Assembly: GCA_015231825.1 (NCBI GenBank)
Contig: JADGAV010000009.1
Coordinates: 2,677-66,676 of the forward strand
Origin: SAR324 cluster bacterium
GTDB lineage: Bacteria > SAR324 > NAC60-12
Reading direction: 5' to 3'
Length of the DNA: 64,000 nucleotides
The notes beneath the pieces were generated by a model. It was given only the letters and a program-made list of their open reading frames with translations, was not told the origin of the DNA and searched no databases. Numbering within the stretch: position 1 is the stretch's first letter; each line of letters starts with the position of its first letter. A program made the translations under genes and the position numbers. Below are positions 28,541 through 38,155 of this stretch, piece by piece.

Positions 28541-31500
28541 TCAGGATTTTTCAAGGAGGGCAGTCAGTTTGGCAAAGAGTTCCTTCAGCTGATGCATAGA
28601 AATTTTATTGGAAGGTTCACATTGATTGATCACGAACTCCGCTGTGTCGATCACTTTGTTGTACTTGGGTTTTTGAGGAAGTTTTTCCAATTTGAGATAT
28701 TTATCCAGTGTTCTCGTTTTGAAAACCCCCTGGTCCAGGTATACCTTCCATATATTGGACTCTTCAGCCAGGTCAACTTTGTTTTTGCCTGTGATTTCCT
28801 GCCAGGCGTTCAGGGAAGCCTCCATCACATCAACCAAAGTCTGTCTCATTTCCTCCGAGTAGGGGGTGGAATGGTCTTCTTCCCTCAATAATGGGTCTAA
28901 ATTTTCACGAAGTTGGGGAAGAAGTTCCGGTCCTCCTTCAATCAGATACTGAAGAATGTTGTCGAAGAACCCATCCATTGAAAGTATTGTCTGCTTTTTG
29001 TCCATCAATTCTTGAATCAATTCTGTAGAGAAAACTTCGTTTTGATGATCTTTATTTGATCGTTCATACTGGTCGGGAGAAGCTGGATTGGGATGGGAAG
29101 GGTCGGGATTGATCACGAAGGTATAAATACGCTCATCATCCAGTTCAAAACTTGTTACAGAAGAATAAAGCATCACTTCCTGCCCCTGGCTGGTTCGCAC
29201 CGTTAACTTGGCACGAGCTTTAAACACCGGGTGAATTTGAGATTGCTGTTCAATATTATCAAGGAGCTGCCGGTATTCAGTTTGATAAGACTGAGCAATC
29301 AGAAGATCCGAAAATTTTCCCAGTATTCCGGCTGCTGAATACCCGAACAGGGATTCTGCCCTTTGATTGAAATAGACAATCTCCTGGTTTTCGTTGATTG
29401 CAATGATCGCCATCTCGGCAACATCCAGAATTTTTGCGAGACGTTTTTTCGATCGATCCAGTTCCTGTTCAACTTTTTTCCGACGCACGATTTCTGCTTT
29501 GAGCTGCTGGTTTTCCTGCAGAGTTTCGACGGATTCTTTAATCCGGAGATGAGTTTTGACCCGACTGAGTAACTCTTCCTGACTGAATGGTTTGGTCAGG
29601 TAGTCATTGGCTCCCCCATTGAGTCCGCGAAGCAAATCCGAAACTTCATTTTTTGCCGTCAGAAAAATTATCGGCAGCAGCCAGGCATCATAAGTTTCCC
29701 GTATTCTTCCGCACAATTCGTGCCCATCCATTCGGGGCATCATGATATCGAGCAGAATCAAATCGGGCTGCTCAATTTTTAAAATATCCAGGGCCTGAAA
29801 TGCACTTTGAGCGACAAGAACCCGGTAATGGTGGAGTTCCAGAAAGTTGCGCATTACTTTCAAATTCACATTTTCATCATCAATCACTAAAATCGACTGC
29901 CCGGTTCCCTGGGGGACAATGACCTTGCTGTGAGTTGCCGAATTGGGTGAGATGCCTAAAATATTTTTTGTGTATTGCAGCGGCAGCAATGTGGAACTTT
30001 GTTTGTGATCCATCGTTGATTCCGGTTTACGATCCGTTATTTTCAGAGAAAAGTAAAAGCGGGAACCTTTGTGAGGATTATTGGCCACCTGAAGGTTGCT
30101 GCCATGCAGATTCACGAGCTGTTGGCTGATGGTCAGGCCCAGTCCGCTTCCTCCAAATTCACGGCTAGTGGAACTATCCCCTTGTTCAAAGGACTGAAAA
30201 ATTTGTTTCTGCTTGCTGTTGGGAATGCCGATTCCTGTATCAGAAACTGTGATTTCAACTTTATCCTCATGCTGCCTTGCTTCAACCGTGACTTCTCCTT
30301 CGGCTGTGAATTTGATGGCATTGCCGATCAGGTTATAAAAAATTTGCTGCAGACGGTTCTCATCTCCCAAGACGCTGGGAAAATTATCGGGAATATTATT
30401 GAGCAATTCGAGCTGTTTCTCACCCACAAGGGGCTGGGAGAGAGAAAGCACCATTTCGACGATGCTTTTGAGATCGACGGGCTTCAATTGCAGCGCAAGC
30501 GCGTGCTGCCTCATTTTGGAATAATCCAGAATGTCATTGATCAATCCATAGAGGCGGCGGCCGCTGGAGACAATCATCGACAAATTTTCGTGAACTTGTT
30601 CAGGCAACGAACCTGCGGCCCCGGCAATCAGCGATTCTGCAATCCCGATGATACCGTTCAGGGGAGTTCTCAGTTCGTGTGAAGTGTTGGCTAAAAATTC
30701 GTCTTTCAGCTGCTCGATCCGGATTTGCTCAGTGATATCCCGGATTGAAATAGCGGGAATGGGCTCCCTTCTAATTGTAATTTCAATATCCAGCTGGCGG
30801 ACCCCTGGACTTTCACCCTCGCGGACTCTCTGCAAGCCAATGGAGCGAAAGGGCTGTGCATTGCCTGATTTGATATTGTTCCTGATCAGGTCATGAAACT
30901 CCGGAGCATTGAGATCGGTCAAATCCATCCCGATCAATTCATCATGGTCATAATTGAACATTTGCGCCAAAACAGGATTGGCGTCTGCAATTTTACCATG
31001 ATTATGAATCGCTACGCCTTCAAAAGTCGCTTCAGATAATTGGCGGAATCGTTGTTCGCTTTCTTTTAGCAGACGATCCAGTTTTCTTTTTTCCGTCAGA
31101 TCTTCAGAAACTCCAAGCAGGCCAATGACTTCACCTTTTTTGTTGTTCAGAGCAATTTTGGTGGTAGAGAGCCATAAGGTTTTTCCGTCAGCAGGTGTAT
31201 GATTTTCCTGAACCGTATAGTTTTCTATGTTTTGTTTCATGACCATTTGATCAATATTGCAGAAGGCATCGGCTTGATCACTCCAGGGCATGTCATAGTC
31301 TGACTTTCCAATCATTTCTTCAGGCGAACTCAGGCCCGCCCTGTCGGACATCCCCTTGCTGCATCCGAGCATCTTCGAGTCCAGGTCCTTCCAGAATGTG
31401 TAAAAATGCGGAAGATGATTGATTACCATTTGATAAAGTTCGTTAGATTTTTTCAGATCTTCAATCGTTGCCCGAGCCTCTTTGAGTTCCTGCTGGATTT

Positions 31501-31579
31501 TGTCGGTGGGTTTTTGCTGATCTTGAACCTTCTGATGCGATGGGGAGGAAGAATCTTGCGGCGAATAATTGTGACTCAT
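28541..31579 (-). CDS. Soluble hybrid sensor kinase PAS-PAS-HisKA-HATPase-REC-PAS with C-terminal ChiS-family DNA-binding domain
   Basis: SHELRTPLNGIIG, NLIGNAIKFT, DTGIGI, GSGLGL, LLDIMMP; tail RQTLVDVM...W...AEESNIWKVYLD...TRTLDKYL...LPQKP; ATG 31579 with AAGGGAG RBS (alt 31624). Confidence 0.88.
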   Translation of the reverse strand: MSHNYSPQDSSSPSHQKVQDQQKPTDKIQQELKEARATIEDLKKSNELYQMVINHLPHFYTFWKDLDSKMLGCSKGMSDRAGLSSPEEMIGKSDYDMPWSDQADAFCNIDQMVMKQNIENYTVQENHTPADGKTLWLSTTKIALNNKKGEVIGLLGVSEDLTEKRKLDRLLKESEQRFRQLSEATFEGVAIHNHGKIADANPVLAQMFNYDHDELIGMDLTDLNAPEFHDLIRNNIKSGNAQPFRSIGLQRVREGESPGVRQLDIEITIRREPIPAISIRDITEQIRIEQLKDEFLANTSHELRTPLNGIIGIAESLIAGAAGSLPEQVHENLSMIVSSGRRLYGLINDILDYSKMRQHALALQLKPVDLKSIVEMVLSLSQPLVGEKQLELLNNIPDNFPSVLGDENRLQQIFYNLIGNAIKFTAEGEVTVEARQHEDKVEITVSDTGIGIPNSKQKQIFQSFEQGDSSTSREFGGSGLGLTISQQLVNLHGSNLQVANNPHKGSRFYFSLKITDRKPESTMDHKQSSTLLPLQYTKNILGISPNSATHSKVIVPQGTGQSILVIDDENVNLKVMRNFLELHHYRVLVAQSAFQALDILKIEQPDLILLDIMMPRMDGHELCGRIRETYDAWLLPIIFLTAKNEVSDLLRGLNGGANDYLTKPFSQEELLSRVKTHLRIKESVETLQENQQLKAEIVRRKKVEQELDRSKKRLAKILDVAEMAIIAINENQEIVYFNQRAESLFGYSAAGILGKFSDLLIAQSYQTEYRQLLDNIEQQSQIHPVFKARAKLTVRTSQGQEVMLYSSVTSFELDDERIYTFVINPDPSHPNPASPDQYERSNKDHQNEVFSTELIQELMDKKQTILSMDGFFDNILQYLIEGGPELLPQLRENLDPLLREEDHSTPYSEEMRQTLVDVMEASLNAWQEITGKNKVDLAEESNIWKVYLDQGVFKTRTLDKYLKLEKLPQKPKYNKVIDTAEFVINQCEPSNKISMHQLKELFAKLTALLEKS

Positions 31580-32218
31580 TTTAAGCTCCCTTCTTCTCTT
31601 TTTACTGTCTGCCTTAGTGTTCATGTCAAAATACGCTTGGAAGGTGTCAAAAACAAAATTTGGGAATCACTTGAAGATTTTCTCTTTTTTAAACCGAGGA
31701 ATTTGGTCAAAAATATTAATAATTACAAAATATTAGAACATTGGTCTTGCCAAGTTTAAAATTTTTTAGGTGCGTGTCAAATAATAAAAACTGGTGTCAA
31801 AAATTAATTTTCTCTTTTCAAATCACCTGGCGATCGGTAGATTTTCAGGCATCGGTATTCGGAGCTTGTTTTATATTAAGCATTTAATTCATTCAGTGAA
31901 TTTAAATCACTAAAAAAATGCTCCCCCGAAAATTGATGCAGATCAGTGCTGAGGGACTGGTCATAAATTCGTCCCTCAGACCCGGTTTCCGATGGGAGGT
32001 TTTTTTTGAAATCCCTCCATTGTGAAACAAAATTGAAATGGACGAATGATGGTTAAATCCAGTCAAATCTGTAAGCAATTATTTCAATACACCATCAATC
32101 AAGGCGCAATCAAGATTTTCGTATTATTTGTCAATCTTAGTCGTGTTAGTTAGTCTTCCCGAATGCTTTTCAGCGAAGACTCAATTGATTTAAAAAATTC
32201 GAAAAATAAAGGTGAAAT

Positions 32219-33424
32219 ATGGTTAGTGGAACAGAAACCCGGCCCAGCATTACACGGAAGTTGAGGATGGGTATGGTGGGTGGAGGCAACGATGCCTTTA
32301 TCGGTGCAGTTCATCGAAAAGCAGCGATCATGGATGGACAAGTTGAATTTATTGCTGGAGCCCTGTCTTCAAATCCTGAAAAAGCAAAGAGTTCAGCCAA
32401 AGCTCTTTTGTTGGAAGAAAAACGATCCTACAGTTCGTGGGAAGAGATGGTAGAAAAAGAATCTTTACTCTCGGAATGGGAAAGGATTGATTTTGTATCA
32501 ATTGTTACTCCGAATTTCATGCATTTTCCAATTGCCAAAGCTTTTGTAGAAGCGGGAATCCATGTGGTCTGCGACAAGCCGATGACCTTTTCTTTAGAAG
32601 AAGCCAAAGAATTGGTGAGAATCGTGGAAAAATCCGATGTTGTCTTTGCATTGACTCACAATTATACCGGATATCCCATGGTCAAGCAGGCACGTCACAT
32701 GGTCGCTGGCGGGCAGCTGGGTGATTTATTGAAAGTGATTGTGGAATATCCTCAGGGATGGTTGCTGACTCCTCTGGAAAAGGAAGGGCAGAAACAAGCG
32801 TCCTGGCGCACTGATCCTAAACGTTCCGGAGTGGCCAATTGTATAGGAGACATTGGTTCTCACTGTGAAAATCTTGCTCATTATATCACAGGTCTGGAGA
32901 TCAAGGAAATTTGCGCTGATTTGACTAGCATTGAGGGCCGAGAGCTGGACAATGACGGCAATATTCTAATTCATTTTGAAAATGGTATTCCCGGCATTTT
33001 GCATGCGTCTCAATTTTCTGCTGGAGAAGAAAATAATCTGAGGATCCGCGTCTATGGCACTGATGGGGCAATCGAATGGCATCAGGAGGAGCCCAACACC
33101 CTCTGGTTCAGAACCAACGATCATCCTGCTCAGCTCTATCGAAGAGGAAATTCATATCTTTGTGAAGCGGCGCAGCTGGCTTCCCGCCTCCCTCCTGGAC
33201 ATCCGGAAAGTTTTATAGAAGCATTTGCCAATGTCTATAAGAATGCGACCGATACGATTCGCGCAAAAATTCTGGGAATCGAAGCAAATGAGTTTGAACT
33301 GGACTTCCCGAATGTCATTGATGGTGCAAGAGGACTCGCATTTATTGAATCTGCTGTTGAGTCTGGAGCAAGCAATCAAAAATGGTATCCGATGAAAAGT
33401 TTTCAGCTCAATAACAACCATTAA
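32219..33424 (+). CDS. Gfo/Idh/MocA family oxidoreductase
   Basis: LRMGMVGGG, FIGAVHR, IVTPNFMH, VVCDKPM, YPQGWL, GDIGSH. Confidence 0.92.
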   Translation: MVSGTETRPSITRKLRMGMVGGGNDAFIGAVHRKAAIMDGQVEFIAGALSSNPEKAKSSAKALLLEEKRSYSSWEEMVEKESLLSEWERIDFVSIVTPNFMHFPIAKAFVEAGIHVVCDKPMTFSLEEAKELVRIVEKSDVVFALTHNYTGYPMVKQARHMVAGGQLGDLLKVIVEYPQGWLLTPLEKEGQKQASWRTDPKRSGVANCIGDIGSHCENLAHYITGLEIKEICADLTSIEGRELDNDGNILIHFENGIPGILHASQFSAGEENNLRIRVYGTDGAIEWHQEEPNTLWFRTNDHPAQLYRRGNSYLCEAAQLASRLPPGHPESFIEAFANVYKNATDTIRAKILGIEANEFELDFPNVIDGARGLAFIESAVESGASNQKWYPMKSFQLNNNH

Positions 33425-33452
33425 TCAATAACTTTTTTTTAGAGAGGTCACG

Positions 33453-34487
33453 ATGGCAAAGTATGTCTTGCATCCCAGTATTGAAGGAGCCCAGCACGGA
33501 GCCAAGTCCCTGGACGAATTTTTGGCTTTTGCCAAGAAATCCGGTGCTGCGGGAGCTCAACCGTCTAATTTTATTGTACAAAAAGGTGATGGATTTTACA
33601 GTGCTCAGGAAATACGGGATCATTTTGAAAAGCATGAAATGAAAATGGATGGAATTTCCAACCACTGCATCATGTGGGCGCACACCACGGCTTGGACCGG
33701 AAGCAAAACGATCCGTCCCTTTTTACCAGGGGAGGTTTGGAAAAAATCGGTTTCTGAAATTGAGGCATGGTGTGAAGATTACATTTTACGTTTCTTTGAT
33801 CTGTCCGCAGAATTGGGCTTGAAGATTATTCCGATGTTTTGGGGGATGTCGTGTGGATTTGAATTAGGGTCCGGTTATCCCTTTGGATTTTTTCAGGGTC
33901 CTGAATATGATTTGGAAAAAGAAGCTCTTGAGCGGTTTGTGACGAAAACAGAAAAAATTCGTACCCGCGCCAACGAGTTAGGACTTTTCATCTGTCACGA
34001 GATCCATCCGAATTCTGCGGCGATGTGCGCAGACGACTTCAATGCATTGGTTGAAGCATGCGATGGAGACAAATGTCTTGGTGTGACGGCAGACCCCTCT
34101 CATTGTTGGGAAGGAGAAGATGCGGAGACACGATTCCAAAAGGTGGCGGACCGGGTTTATTCTGCGGCCTGGAAGAACTTTGTCATTCGTCCCGGGGTTC
34201 CTCTCCGCAAAATGTCTGGGGATTGGACTCAAAGGGCTATGCAGTTTGTAGATCTCGGCACGGGGGATATGAATTTGATGCGTTATACGGAGCTGATGAT
34301 CAATATTGGTTATGCTGAGCGCTACTGTGAAATTATGGGTTCAGATACCGCGCCGCTGGTTACTGAAGCAGAGAGTGCTTATCGGGATCTCGATGCAACC
34401 AGTGCCAATGCGATCGCCTATGCACGGGATGCTCTGTGTTTTCCTGTTGCTGAAGGATCTTTTGAAGATGGAATGGGAACAGAGTGA
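33453..34487 (+). CDS. Sugar phosphate isomerase/epimerase (AP endonuclease 2 TIM barrel)
   Basis: CHEIHP, ADPSHC..EG, FVDLGTGD, VTEAE metal-site pattern. Confidence 0.75.
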   Translation: MAKYVLHPSIEGAQHGAKSLDEFLAFAKKSGAAGAQPSNFIVQKGDGFYSAQEIRDHFEKHEMKMDGISNHCIMWAHTTAWTGSKTIRPFLPGEVWKKSVSEIEAWCEDYILRFFDLSAELGLKIIPMFWGMSCGFELGSGYPFGFFQGPEYDLEKEALERFVTKTEKIRTRANELGLFICHEIHPNSAAMCADDFNALVEACDGDKCLGVTADPSHCWEGEDAETRFQKVADRVYSAAWKNFVIRPGVPLRKMSGDWTQRAMQFVDLGTGDMNLMRYTELMINIGYAERYCEIMGSDTAPLVTEAESAYRDLDATSANAIAYARDALCFPVAEGSFEDGMGTE

Positions 34488-34682
34488 GTCTGTTCTCTTT
34501 TCTGTCGCGGGACCTTTTGCTTTGATAAAGGTCCTATTTTGTGGGCGTTCCGACGCCGGATTAAGGCTTTGGTTTGATGGTATTTCCAAAAACCAGGGTA
34601 GCAATTGTCAGAAATCACCTTCGATAGCGATCTTTTTGATGCCATCATAAGGTAATATAATCATTTCTTTTATGGGGTGAGT

Positions 34683-35990
34683 ATGAATTTGTTAAAAAAA
34701 TTAACACTCGGGATATTGGCATTGACAATTTCCAGTGCATTGTACGCTCAAAAATTAACCATTTTCTGGGCAGAATGGGATCCTGCTAATCAACTTCAGG
34801 AATTAGCAGAGATGTATACGGAAGAAACGGGAGTGGATGTTGTTGTGGAAACCACACCATGGCCAGATTTTCAAACCAAGACATTTACGGAATTTGCCGC
34901 TAAAGGAAGCAGTTTTGATATGGTTGTCGGCGATTCACAATGGGTGGGTGCCGGTGTCAAGGGCGGTCACTACGTCAAGTTGAATGACTTTTTTAAAGAA
35001 CATAAAGTTGCGGAAACCATGACTGCAGGAACCGTTGCGGCTTATGCCGAGTATCCCCAAGGATCGAAAAACTATTATGCAATTCCGACTGAAGGGGATG
35101 CTGATGGCTGGGCCTATCGTAAGGATTGGTTTGAAGATCCTAAGGAGATGGCCAATTTTCAAAAGAAATACGGCTATAAACTGGATGTTCCAGAGACTTG
35201 GGCACAACTGAAGGATATTGCCGAATTTTTTCACCGTCCCGATGAAGGCCGTTACGGTGTAACCGTTTATACGGGCAAGGGTTATGATGCGTTGACGATG
35301 GGTATTGAAAACGTCATTTTTGCTTTTGGCGGAAGTTTGGGCGATTACGCCACCTACAAAGTAGAAGGCCTGGTCAACAGCAAAGAAACAATTGCTGCCG
35401 TGGAATACTACAAAGAGCTTTACCAGTTCACACCTCCGGACTGGGGAGATACTTTTTTTGCAGAAGCAAATCAAGTCTTCACTCAGGGAAAAGTCGCGAT
35501 GTCCATGAACTATTTTGCTTTTTTTCCGGCTTTGACCAACAAAAAGGTCAATCCTCACGTTGCAGGAACAGGCTATTTTTCGAACCCGAAGGGTCCTGCA
35601 GGACGTTTTGCTGCCCTGGGAGGACAGGGAATGTCAATCAATTCTTATATTTCAGATAGCCAGAAAAAATTGTCCTATGATTTTCTGGCATGGTTTGTCA
35701 AAGAAGAAAACCAAAGGAAATGGGCTGAAGTGGGTGGATTCACCTGCAACAAAGCCGTTTTGGAATCCGAAGCGTTCTTGAATGCGACTCCTTTCAATGC
35801 CGCTTTCAAAGAGACGATGTTCATGGTGAAAGATTTTTGGGCAATTCCTGAATTCGCCGACTTGTTGGAGCCGATTCAAAGAAATATGCACCAATATATT
35901 GTTGCCGATCAAGGAACGGCCAAAGAAGGATTAGACAATGTCGCCAGAGAATGGAAAGAAATTCTGAAAAAAGCTGGCTACACCAACTGA
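34683..35990 (+). CDS. Carbohydrate ABC transporter (CUT1) substrate-binding protein
   Basis: Signal peptide; LTIFWAEWDPAN, GDSQW, YRKDWF, VPETWAQL, ALGGQG. Confidence 0.9.
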   Translation: MNLLKKLTLGILALTISSALYAQKLTIFWAEWDPANQLQELAEMYTEETGVDVVVETTPWPDFQTKTFTEFAAKGSSFDMVVGDSQWVGAGVKGGHYVKLNDFFKEHKVAETMTAGTVAAYAEYPQGSKNYYAIPTEGDADGWAYRKDWFEDPKEMANFQKKYGYKLDVPETWAQLKDIAEFFHRPDEGRYGVTVYTGKGYDALTMGIENVIFAFGGSLGDYATYKVEGLVNSKETIAAVEYYKELYQFTPPDWGDTFFAEANQVFTQGKVAMSMNYFAFFPALTNKKVNPHVAGTGYFSNPKGPAGRFAALGGQGMSINSYISDSQKKLSYDFLAWFVKEENQRKWAEVGGFTCNKAVLESEAFLNATPFNAAFKETMFMVKDFWAIPEFADLLEPIQRNMHQYIVADQGTAKEGLDNVAREWKEILKKAGYTN

Positions 35991-36011
35991 TCACATCCCA
36001 TCCTTAATCAG

Positions 36012-36038
36012 GAGGAGAGGAAACTCTCCTCTTTCTTT
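36012..36038 (+). terminator. GAAA-tetraloop hairpin after the binding-protein gene (terminator or mRNA-stabilising stem)
   Basis: GAGGAGAG-GAAA-CTCTCCTC followed by TTTCTTT. Confidence 0.6.
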
Positions 36039-36059
36039 GACTCTTTTTTAAATAAAAAT

Positions 36060-36998
36060 ATGGAAGGTAATACCATGGCTGTTGGAGTGCATAAAGAGGC
36101 GACGAATAGTCAACCGGGATTAGCCAGAACGGGTTTGAGTGATTTAAGTATCCGTAATCTCTTTATTATTCCCACAATTGCATTTTTGGCGTGCATGAAT
36201 ATTTTCCCATTGATTTGGTCTTTATTTCTGAGTTTTCATGAATGGCGTGCAAATTTACCCGATGAAAAAGCAGTCTACGTCGGAATTCAGCATTACCGTG
36301 ATATTTTAAACGACCCGGCGTTTTGGCAGACATTTTCCCTGACTGCCCAGTATGTGCTGTATGCGGTGGTTGGCGAACTGGTGGTCGGTTTTGGTGTTGC
36401 ACTCCTGCTCAATCGGGAAATGAAGGCGAAAGGAGTAATCACAACTCTACTTTTACTGCCAATGATGATGTCACCGGCAGTGGTTGGGTTGTTTTGGAAA
36501 CTGCTCTGGAATCCTGGCTGGGGAATTGTCAATCCGATCTTCGGTTTAGCGAACGATTACGCATGGCTTTCTGATGCCAATCGTGCATTGTGGGCCGTCG
36601 TGATCACCGATATCTGGATGTGGGCACCCTTTGTAATGCTGCTCTCGCTTGCCGGGCTTTCTGCGATTCCCAAACATTTGTATGAAGCAGCGGAAATTGA
36701 TAGAGCCTCCTGGTGGTTCACCTTCAGGAACATCACACTTCCCCTTGTCACTCCCTTGCTTCTGATTGCCATAATTTTCAGGACCATGGAAAATTTTAAA
36801 CAGTTCGATATGATCTTCACCATGACAGGCGGGGGCCCGGGAACTTCCACAGAAGTTCATTCCATCCGACTCTATCGGATGGCTTTTCAGTCCTGGGACA
36901 CTGGGAAATCCAGTGCCTTTGCCTATATCCTGCTGATCATGGTGATCGGAATCAGCATGATCTATATCAAATACCTCAATAAAATAAAGGAGCGATAA
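36060..36998 (+). CDS. Carbohydrate ABC transporter permease
   Basis: EAA loop LYEAAEIDRASWWFTFRNITLP; multiple TM helices. Confidence 0.92.
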   Translation: MEGNTMAVGVHKEATNSQPGLARTGLSDLSIRNLFIIPTIAFLACMNIFPLIWSLFLSFHEWRANLPDEKAVYVGIQHYRDILNDPAFWQTFSLTAQYVLYAVVGELVVGFGVALLLNREMKAKGVITTLLLLPMMMSPAVVGLFWKLLWNPGWGIVNPIFGLANDYAWLSDANRALWAVVITDIWMWAPFVMLLSLAGLSAIPKHLYEAAEIDRASWWFTFRNITLPLVTPLLLIAIIFRTMENFKQFDMIFTMTGGGPGTSTEVHSIRLYRMAFQSWDTGKSSAFAYILLIMVIGISMIYIKYLNKIKER

Positions 36999-37936
36999 TG
37001 GCGGCGGTTGTCTCGAAAAACAACAAACTTTACAACCAGTTGATGGTGGCCACTGTTTTAGTGGTGACTTTTATCATGCTGGTACCGATTTACTGGATTG
37101 CTTCCACGTCCTTTAAATCTTACAACGATTCTGTTTCGATTCCTCCGACGGTTTTCTTTGAACCGGAGATGACCGGGGTGGTGAAGGTTTTTACGAAGCG
37201 GACTATCTTGAGAAAAGACCCAAGTCCAGCAAAACTGGCAAAATCGGCCTGGTATGAAAAAATTATCTTCAAAGCAGGAGAAAAAGTACTCAGAGCATCA
37301 GCATTTCCAAGTCGGCTCTGGAACAGCATTGTGATTTGTGTGGTCAGCACAGCGATTGCGTTGATGATGGGAACATTTGCCGCCTATGCCTTTTCCCGGT
37401 TTAAAATATTTGGGAAAGACGATTGGCTGTTTTTTATCCTCAGCCAGAAAATGCTGCCTCCCATGGTGGTGATTATCCCGATATTTCTGATGTACCGAAC
37501 TTTGGGCCTGATAGACAGTTACTCTGGGATGATCCTTATTTATACCGCCATGAACCTCCCTTTTGCTGTTTGGCTGATGAAGGGCTTCGTCGATGAAATT
37601 CCAATTGAGTATGAAGAAGCAGCGATGATTGATGGATACACTCGTTTCCAGGCGTTTTGGAAGATAGTCCTGCCTCAATCTGTGACCGGGATGGCCGCTA
37701 CATCAGTTTTTTGCTTTATCACTGCCTGGAACGAATTTGCCTTGGCTCTGATACTGGCGCCCCGCAACGTGCAGACAGCTCCCCCATTTATTCCTTCTCA
37801 AGTTGGATCCGGGATCCCGGACTGGACTGCAATTGCTGCAGGAGCAACCATCTTTTTGATCCCTGTGATGATTTTTACTTTCCTTCTCAGAAAACATTTG
37901 CTGCGAGGGGTAACTTTTGGAGCGATTCGAAAATAA
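36998..37936 (+). CDS. Carbohydrate ABC transporter permease
   Basis: EIPIEYEEAAMIDG, WNEF, RGVTFGA; ATG overlaps previous stop. Confidence 0.92.
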   Translation: MAAVVSKNNKLYNQLMVATVLVVTFIMLVPIYWIASTSFKSYNDSVSIPPTVFFEPEMTGVVKVFTKRTILRKDPSPAKLAKSAWYEKIIFKAGEKVLRASAFPSRLWNSIVICVVSTAIALMMGTFAAYAFSRFKIFGKDDWLFFILSQKMLPPMVVIIPIFLMYRTLGLIDSYSGMILIYTAMNLPFAVWLMKGFVDEIPIEYEEAAMIDGYTRFQAFWKIVLPQSVTGMAATSVFCFITAWNEFALALILAPRNVQTAPPFIPSQVGSGIPDWTAIAAGATIFLIPVMIFTFLLRKHLLRGVTFGAIRK

Positions 37937-37945
37937 GGAGTCATA

Positions 37946-38149
37946 ATGACATTTAAAGAAATCAGTGCCAAATATTTGGAACCCCTTTCCATGTGGGTGA
38001 TGATTTTAGGAATTATCGGGATCAGTCAACCCTGGTCCGAATGGTTTCACCGATATGGATTCACGATTACCTTGATGGGGTTTGTTGGATTTATTATTTT
38101 TTCACACATCCAGCCTCCTAAAAAACGTGCTGTACAAGACGAAGGATAA
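37946..38149 (+). CDS. Small two-helix membrane protein inside the ABC operon
   Basis: RBS AAGGAG; two hydrophobic segments flanking QPW; fills gap between permease and ATPase. Confidence 0.7.
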   Translation: MTFKEISAKYLEPLSMWVMILGIIGISQPWSEWFHRYGFTITLMGFVGFIIFSHIQPPKKRAVQDEG

Positions 38150-38155
38150 ACCGAT

